DNA of 64,000 nucleotides, taken from the human T2T-CHM13v2.0 reference genome, Homo sapiens. A program made the translations under genes and the position numbers. The stretch is taken from NCBI RefSeq assembly GCF_009914755.1, contig NC_060937.1. One strand, 5' to 3'. The notes under the pieces are model-generated. The model was not told the DNA's origin. It ran no database searches and saw only the letters and a list, made by a program, of their open reading frames with translations. Of the stretch, positions 56,372 through 64,000 are shown one piece after another. Each line of letters starts with the position of its first letter. Position 1 is the first letter of the stretch.

Positions 56372-56940
56372 GTGGATTTTCTTCTTTGGAAGTTATTTCA
56401 CTTCCTTTACCGAAAGAACATATCTTGTTCAACAACTGCTTTTTGAGTTCCATTGTCTTTGAGTTAATCTGAATTTAACTTACATAAGCACATAATTTAA
56501 AATTTATGGAATTAAAAATATTTTTTTCCTAACTTGGTTTTCTAAAATCAATAACTTATAGAGTGAGTGGTCCACATTAGCTTTTTCTAAACTAACTCTG
56601 TTGGCCAAACTGCTTTGCTCACACAAGAATTCTTAAAGGAATCACTCTTTTGACAAAGACTGATCAGCCAGAGATCATCAGGATAAAGCCTGTAGTCTAA
56701 CTAAATGATATTTGCTGACTTGCTGCATGCCACATATTTCCAGAGGAAAAGCAGAATGCCTCTCTAAGAGAGGAAAAGAAAGCTTCTTCTTAAGGTTTGG
56801 TTTTATGTTGAAGTATTCTGAGGAAGGTCTGAGTGAAGCAGCCTAATTCTGAAGAGAGTTTAGGAGAAATTGAGATTAACTAGGAATTGGGTGCTGCCAG
56901 AAGGCAAGGAGAGTTTAACCATTGAGTATTCTCATAAATG

Positions 56941-57285
56941 CAGTAGTCCCTTGGTATCCACAAGGGATTGATTCCAAGACCCCCTGCACATACCAAAATC
57001 TACAAGTGCTCAAGTCCCTTATAGAAAATGGCACTGTATTTGCATATAACCTATATACATCCTTTTGTATATTTTAAATCACCTCTAGATTACTTATAAT
57101 ACCTAATACAATGCAAATGGTAGGTAAATTGTTGTTATACTATATCTTTTAGGGAATAATGATAACAAAAAAGTATGTACATGTTTAATACAGAAACAAC
57201 TGCCCTTATTTTTCTCTGAATATCTTCTATCCATGGTTGCTTGGTTGAATCCAAGGATGCAGAACCCATGGATATACAGGATTTC
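56941..57285 (+). mobile_element. MER2 (TcMar-Tigger MITE)
   Basis: cagtagtcccttggtatcc, ctcaagtcccttata, tctagattacttataatacctaataca, gaacccatggata. Confidence 0.9.
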
Positions 57286-57624
57286 TTCTACCCATGGGTA
57301 CAAGAAAATGGCCAAGTGAGGAGTCATCACTGATGATAAAGCAGAAATCACTCAAAAGGGGAGATATTAAGGCATTTTGCAACTACTGCATAGCTTTGGA
57401 AAAAGTAAGGTTTTCTCTTAATTTCGCACTGGTTTTATCTGTATTTGTGCCCCCAGCCTGATCAATGGCAGGTCTGCTTTGCTCTTTCAGGCCATGCTGA
57501 TTTTCACTCTTTCCATCTCAGATAGGCCTGTACCACTTCACTCTTTATATATTGAAATTTTATATTTCAAAAAATGCTGACAATTATTTTTAACGTGAAA
57601 CATAATTTTAAAACTCTACTTCTT

Positions 57625-57916
57625 GGTTGGATGTGGTGGCTCAAGCCTGTAATCCCAGCACTTTGGGAGGCCAAGGCAGAGGGATCACTTGAGTCCAGGA
57701 GTTGAGACCAGCCTGGACAACACAGTGAAACCCTGTCTCTACAAAGGAGAAAGAAAAAAAAAATTAGCTGGATGTGATCACATGCACCTGTGGTCCCAGC
57801 TACTCAGGAGGCTGAGGTGGGAGGATCACCTGAGCCCAGGAGGTCGAGGCTGCAGTGAGCCGTTATCAGGCCACTGCAGTCCAGCCTAGGTGACAGTGAG
57901 ACCTTGTCTCAAAAAA
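57625..57916 (+). mobile_element. AluJb-like
   Basis: gagcccaggaggtcgaggctgcagtgagc; TSD TCTACTTCTT. Confidence 0.94.
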
Positions 57917-58013
57917 TATCTACTTCTTATTTATCCTCACAGAAACTTCACCGTTATATATAACTGTTGTAAGATGAACCACATAAATTATTTCTTAATT
58001 AAGTTAATTTTAA

Positions 58014-58406
58014 GTTAATAGTCCCTGCTGCAATAACACAATGCCATAGATTGGGTGTCTTAAATAACAAACATATATTTCTCACAGTTCTAGAGGCTGG
58101 AGGTCTGAGTTCAGGGTGTCAACATGGACCAGTTTTTTGAGAGACCCCTTTTCCTCATTTAAAGGTGCCTACCATCTTGTATGACACATAGTGGAGATAG
58201 CGAGCTCTGGTATCTTCATCCCCTCTAAGGACACTAATCCCATCATGGGGCTCCATCCTTATGAACTCATTCAAACCCAATTACCTCCCAAAGCTTCCAC
58301 CTTAAAAGGTGAAGCTTAATGGGTTTAAAATCATAATGGGCGTTAGGGATTAAACAATTAAACGTGAACTAAGGGGTGGGAAGCACAAAACATTCAGACC
58401 ACAGCA
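58014..58406 (-). mobile_element. MLT1A/A0 LTR
   Basis: tttctcacagttctagaggctgg, aaggacactaatcccatcatg, aacattcagaccacagca. Confidence 0.88.
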
Positions 58407-59379
58407 ATAAATAAATTCACAAATAGATTTTGAGCATCTACTAGGTTATGTTTGGAGGTTTTCAAGTAACAGATAATGTTGATGACAGAAGCTAAACTAA
58501 TATCTCTTTATTTTAGTTCAATTCTTTTTTCAATTAGCTAAGCTACTTATCCTAACCATATGATTGCTTAAAGTACAGTAGGTCAAATTGTGTGTAGCAA
58601 TTTAGAGAATCCTAAAACACAAAGAATTTGGGAGAATTACTTCTAAGCATGCCTAGGAGATGCAATGTAAATATGGATGTAATCATTTTCAAGCACTAGT
58701 ACCTTTTTCACAGCGTTTGACTACAAAGTAGAAAATTATCACATCCCATCTGGTCTGTGTTATATATATTAGGTAGTTCTTCTAAAGTAAATTGTTCAAG
58801 GTCAGTCTTTCTGTAAGCTCCCTAATGAGCAAATCTAATAAAGGCTTAACATTACCATATAAAGAGAATTAGCATTGTTTATATCAGATAACTGCAAAAC
58901 AAATTAGTAAATTTCAAGTGTGGTTTCCATAATGCTTTTATCATTAATGTAAAAATGAGTATTTTACTAAAACATCAACATTTTGAAGAAGAATAGAATT
59001 TTATTTAATCAAGAATAGTTTCTGCACAACAGTAGACTGATATTTTATTTTCTTCTACCCCTATATTTAATATTTGAAACAAATTTATCATTTCCCCTTT
59101 CTGTCCAGCATTTTAATGCCAGCATAAAATTCTGGTTAAGCAATTATCTTGGGTGTTTTAGAGACAGACTATATATGAAAGAAGGTTTTATACACCCACA
59201 AGTACTTCTTTACCAGATGTGTTTCATTTCTCATTTATGACCTAACTATATATTTTTATGGGAATGCTTTTAATGCAATGTTACTGGAAATTTTAAATTT
59301 AACTTTTCTAATTTCCCCGTAACTGTTGGTTGCCTCATTTATATTAAATCTATGTCTACAGTACAGTAAAACAACTGAT

Positions 59380-59850
59380 AAATTCTAAGAACTGACAATA
59401 TAGGAGTTAACCCTAAATAAACAGACAAATAAACATTCTGGTTAATGAAGACAAAACAATAGGTTTTATTAAGTATTCATTTTCCAGGAATAGATTTTTT
59501 TGTTAAAAATTCTAAATACTACATTATTAAAATCAAAGTATCAAAGCAAAGAAAGTTGCCTTAAATGTTCTTTGTAGTTAAAACACTAATAGCAATGAAA
59601 TGAGAATCAGACTGGCATCAAACTTCTCATCAGCAACAGTGTTTGTTGAGAAGATAATAAAATCATGCTTTAAATTTCTTATGGAAAAGTCTTTCAAACT
59701 AATATTCAACTATTTATCAACTTTGGACATTCAAGTGCTCACAAACTTCACCCTTTACAATTATCTTAGGAAGTTCTATAGAATGCATTTTTCAAAATGA
59801 GATACTAAACCAAAGTAAAAGATATGAATCCAGAATGTATAATATACTTC
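59380..59850 (+). mobile_element. Ancient L1M ORF1 fragment
   Basis: IRLASNFSSAT resembles L1 ORF1 IRLTADFSAET. Confidence 0.55.
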
Positions 59851-60661
59851 CCAGTGAGTAGACAGAAGCTTATAGAATAACAGATTTGCAGTAAGGCAGG
59901 AGATAATTTATTTCAGATTAAATGTGAAAGAGAACTCCAATAGACAAATAGCCTATTTTCAACCAATAACTTCATAAAGTGGCAAAGTAAAAACAATAGC
60001 AATCAAATTTAAAGAATACAGATATTTGAGTCAAAATTATTGAATGTGATGAAATCAAATTAGCCAAGAAATAAATCAAATTAGAGAATATTCATTTAAA
60101 AGTCATACATAGTAAACAGTGTTATTAAAGCTGTTGCAAGAACTAGATTTGGAAGGAAGGGCTTAACAACTTGTTTCTCTAGCCTTAGGATGCCCGAAGA
60201 CTTAATTCTTATTCTAGTCCTTCTTTAACTCTAACTCAAGGTATTTATACCTATATCTTTGGAAATACTTAGATTACTATGTATTGACCTAGTAGCTGTA
60301 CCTCACTGTCAACATTGGTGTTTTTCTTTTTTGGTGTAATTTGTAATCAGTTAGTAACTTGTAATTGATTAGTTATAGCAGCACAAGAGGATTGGACCAC
60401 ATACTCATTAGGATCCTACTTCACTAGATAATTCAAAAGCTGAAGAGACCTCATAGTTGATGATATCACTGTGTTGAGGTAACCATCACTCATCTAGCCT
60501 TGATCCTATGACTACATGTATCTGAAATGCTGTGCAATTCAATAACCTCAGCTGCTGTGCTTGGGATCCCTGAGGCTTTTGCTCTACTCTTCCTGCATAG
60601 GCTATTCACCTCCCTGTTATCCTTCCTAACAGTGAAGTAAACTTTTTAGGGAGAAACTTAA

Positions 60662-61113
60662 TGTGTTAGTTCTCTTTGTCCAAGAAGGAAATGCCTACAC
60701 ACAATTACACATGCAAGAGATTTATTAGTTAAAGAAAAGTGAAGGGCATCTAGAATAGGCAAGGAGCACCTTCCACCTGTAATACATGCCAAACTCCTGT
60801 GAAAGAGCCAGAAATTAGGTAAAAATGGAATTAGATGAGAAGTTTCTCAGACTGCAACAGTGCTTTTTAAGAAGGTTTCAGGAAGGCAAATGAATCCTTG
60901 AGCCAAAATTGCCTGTTAGAAGAATTCTTTGTCTTCTAAAATTGGTCCTGCTTAGTACCATGGCTTTGGTCAGGCATTGGGAAGTTGAGCAACCTTCGGG
61001 AAACATGGATTTAGCACAAAAGCAGGGATGAATCCAGACTAGTAGTTCCTTGGCCATTAATCAAGAGGTTCCCTATGTAGAATTTCTGAGAGTCTTATTT
61101 CAATGGGTATTAC
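60662..61113 (-). mobile_element. LTR16-like ERVL 3' LTR
   Basis: TG..CA ends, catgcaagagatttatt, ctcagactgca, ccttgagccaaa; PPT-like aagtggtggat adjacent on minus strand. Confidence 0.7.
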
Positions 61114-61398
61114 AATCCACCACTTGTGACTGACTCATGGTTGTACTGATATATGTCACACAATTTCCAGAAACAGCCCTTCCATGGCTCTTTTGGGCAT
61201 CTCTTCCTACGAGGAAACTTGGAAGGGGCAGATCTGTGCAATACATATAGCCCCTTTTGCTGCAGTTAGTATCAAGGCCACCAATGGTACTTATTGCCTT
61301 CCTTTACTATTCATTCTAAATTCTGTTCATATTCATCTTATCTCCTTGCATGTCTTGGTAGGTTACTTGATGGTGTAATCCAAACCTACATCTTTGCG

Positions 61399-61495
61399 GA
61401 AAATTAGCTTTTGAAAATATGTTTTTAGATTGGGTTACTGCTAATGAAAATTAGCTTTTGAAAATATGTTTTTAGATTGGGTTTTTAGATTGGGT
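61399..61495 (+). repeat. 47 bp-period tandem duplication with nested ~13 bp re-duplication
   Basis: gaaaattagcttttgaaaatatgtttttagattgggtt twice exactly, then tttagattgggt again. Confidence 0.92.
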
Positions 61496-62150
61496 CCATT
61501 CAGAAATAGTGGGACAAGGGAGTGCTAGGAGGCATCTTAGTTGATTGCCTGGATTCCATATATATATATTAACCTGACCTCATTATGTAAAGCAGCCCTA
61601 CCTCTTCCTGCTTATTTTAGTCAATTATGCCTACCATAATGATGTCTTTTCCACTAGTTGATGGTCCTTGAACACAAGAGGTTCACAGTGCTCAGGTGGA
61701 AGCTGTCATTCAATCAAACATTGTCTGTGTCCCATGGCAAAAGAAAAAAAAAAAAGCCCTATTTGGGGTATTTGGGGAAAGAACATCCATCCCTGAGGAA
61801 TGGAAAGCAGAAAAAGCCCACGTGCATCGTGGGGAATGATGTTGGGAACACTCTTACTTCTACCACATTGTTTCCAGAGCAATTTATTCTTCCTATTGTG
61901 CATACAGAGCTATATAGAAGCTTCTGATTCGAAGCTTATATTCTGTATTGTAAAAGATAGAAAGCCTTTTTGCCTTTGAGCTTGTGGTTGATCTATGCTT
62001 TTAGAAGGCAGCTCCATGACATTGTCTGCTTCTGAATAGTACACTGATGGTACAACAAGTGGATCCTGTGGTTACAGGATAACCACACTCATACTCACTT
62101 TGCTATGAAGTGAGTCTCCAGGTTTCATACAATGTAGTCTGGTACCCAGT

Positions 62151-62862
62151 TGTAGGCAGAATTTGAAGATGATCCCCAAGACTCGTACTACTTCATATGC
62201 ACACCTACATAATAGAGAACAAAGCATTCTAATTTTATGACTTTCTATGTGCCTTTTTGGAAATATCTCATGGTATATTAATCTCTGTTGCAGATGTTAT
62301 GTCCTTGATGGGGGATGACATGGTTTTATAGTTTCTTTTGGCCTCCCACACCATGATAGCTCTTACTTCACAGGCCAGTTGAAACTGGCAATATCCTCCA
62401 CTTGAGTGTGGGTAGGCCTTAACTAATCAGATGTATCTTTTAAAAATGGGTATAGAGAACAGAGAGAATATAAGTCAGAGATACTTGAAGATGCATCAGA
62501 TGCTCTCCTGTTGGTCTTAAGAAAGGAAACTGCTATGTCATTAAAAATCATGTGGCAGAAAATAAGAGGCAGGCTCTAGAAGGCAAGAGTAGCCCCCAGC
62601 TGACAACCAGCAGCGTCCTCTATCCTACAATGACAAGGAAACAAATTTCTGTCCATGATTGCATGAGCGTGGAGAAGACTCTGAGCTCCAGGAAGGAGCA
62701 CAGGAAACACTTCAAGCTCAGCCTTTGTAAGACTCTAAGAAGGGATTCCAGCTAGGCTATGCCTGGACATCTTATTTACAGAAACTGTAAATAAATAAAC
62801 GGATGTCATTTTAAACTACTAAATTTGTGAAATTTTGTAATGTTGAAATAGAAAACTGATGC
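62151..62862 (+). mobile_element. MLT1E-like LTR nested in ERVL integrase
   Basis: tgtaggcagaatt..agatgatccccaaga, ccccagctgacaaccagca, aatagaaaactgatgca. Confidence 0.82.
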
Positions 62863-63197
62863 AGCTTCCATGCCTGTGGAAAAGGCATGTGAAAGCTCGC
62901 ATGCAGTAACATTGGTTATAGCTCTGTAAGCAGGAAAGCCAAATTCATACTTGGAATATCTATTCATGCTTATGAAGACAAACTTAGCTCTTCTATAAAA
63001 GTGAAGGCCCAATGTAGTCTGTTTGCTACTAAGTAGCTTGCTGGTATACTTGAGGAATAGCATTATTTCAGTGCTTCAGAACAGGTCTCTGTTTATGAAA
63101 AATTGGACATTCCAAAGAGATAGTAGCTAGATTGGTCTTGGTTAGTGAATGTCCATGTTGCTGAGTAAATTATTTGTGTTTATTACTGCCACTGCAC

Positions 63198-63789
63198 TGT
63201 GAAGTCGGATTCTATTGCTAAATAAGATGCACAGGACATAAATGAAAATACTTAAAAATATATAGTTTACTCTAGGAAAAGGGTACAGTATATTAGTGAC
63301 AGTATTAAAGAAAACATACGCATTATAGCCAAATGCTAGCTCATGGCGAGGGGTCTGGAGACATCAGGTGTGAGCTCCTATTTTAATCCATCTCAAAAGG
63401 CCATGAATGGATGCATTTTTTTCTTGGATCAGAAACCACCAATATGTGCAGGGAACACCTTGAAATTTGGGAGCTCAAAATGGTATCTTGGCTGGAGACT
63501 TTTTATTTGGCTGGCTATGCAACATATTTCTGCTACATAACCAGTTTTATCAGCAGAATCCTCCAGAGTGTCACTGAAACCAGGTGCAAATCATCAATCT
63601 CATTGTTATCAATAAACAATCCCAACTAACTGGAATGAATGGTCCAGAAACTCTTCAGACCCATGGTTGCAAAGCAATACTATTAATCAGTATGTTTTGT
63701 GCCTCGAGTAAGGGTCATTGTCATAAACGAACGTTAGCAAAGCAGCCCAAGATAATGACAAACCTGCTGTAATTAACCTTGAAAACACA
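63198..63789 (-). mobile_element. MER21-group LTR (MER68/MER77-like) nested in ERVL pol
   Basis: TG..CA ends; gggtctggagacatcaggtg, aaccaggtgcaaatcatcaatctcattgtt resemble MER21-group; ERVL resumes after it. Confidence 0.55.
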
Positions 63790-64000
63790 AACATGGCCAT
63801 TCTATTGATGCATGCCAGTTCAAAATGGCATATGATGAAGTCTGGCCAACATCAACTGGCCATGTCATTCTGTTTGTTTAGTAATCCAGTGACACTTCCA
63901 TGGTGGTGTTTTATAATGGGCATCCACACTTGGTGCTAATTTCCATATGCCACCCATCCATGTGACTCTATCCAGAGAAATTTGTCTCTGATTTGTCTCT

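Larger units (their letters stand above)
61114..64000 (-). mobile_element. ERVL internal region (RNase H end, integrase, dUTPase relics), interrupted by two LTRs; runs off window
   Basis: Minus-strand peptides FVFISMNRYSKYEFGFPA (IN), NQKLLYSSVCTIGRINCSGNNVVEV, EEVGLL, YIWNPGNQLRCLLALPCP, VWITP match ERVL pol/dUTPase. Confidence 0.82.

Overview
AT-rich primate genomic DNA, most likely human or great ape given AluY, L1PA7-type and LTR12 elements. It looks intergenic or deep intronic. I cannot support any protein-coding exon, RNA gene or CRISPR array. The ORF-track entries trace to Alu, L1, LTR12, L2 or ERVL relics, or are short chance ORFs. Much of the window is recognisable repeat: 14 Alus, L1s of several ages, MaLR/ERV1/ERVL LTRs, an ERVL internal region, Tigger3, MER2, MER58, MER91, L2 and MIR. 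All family calls are from remembered consensus sequences, so subfamily names and old-element boundaries are approximate. I did not find a new biological system. The best second-look items are: (1) two 100-215 bp non-tandem duplications, each apparently copied from 1.1-1.4 kb downstream, plus a fold-back insertion; (2) an ancient non-mammalian-type L2 relic with a still-readable ORF2 C-terminus; (3) a CpG-rich LTR12 stump fused to an MLT1 stub; (4) closely spaced inverted AluY and L1PA pairs; (5) a textbook twin-primed L1.
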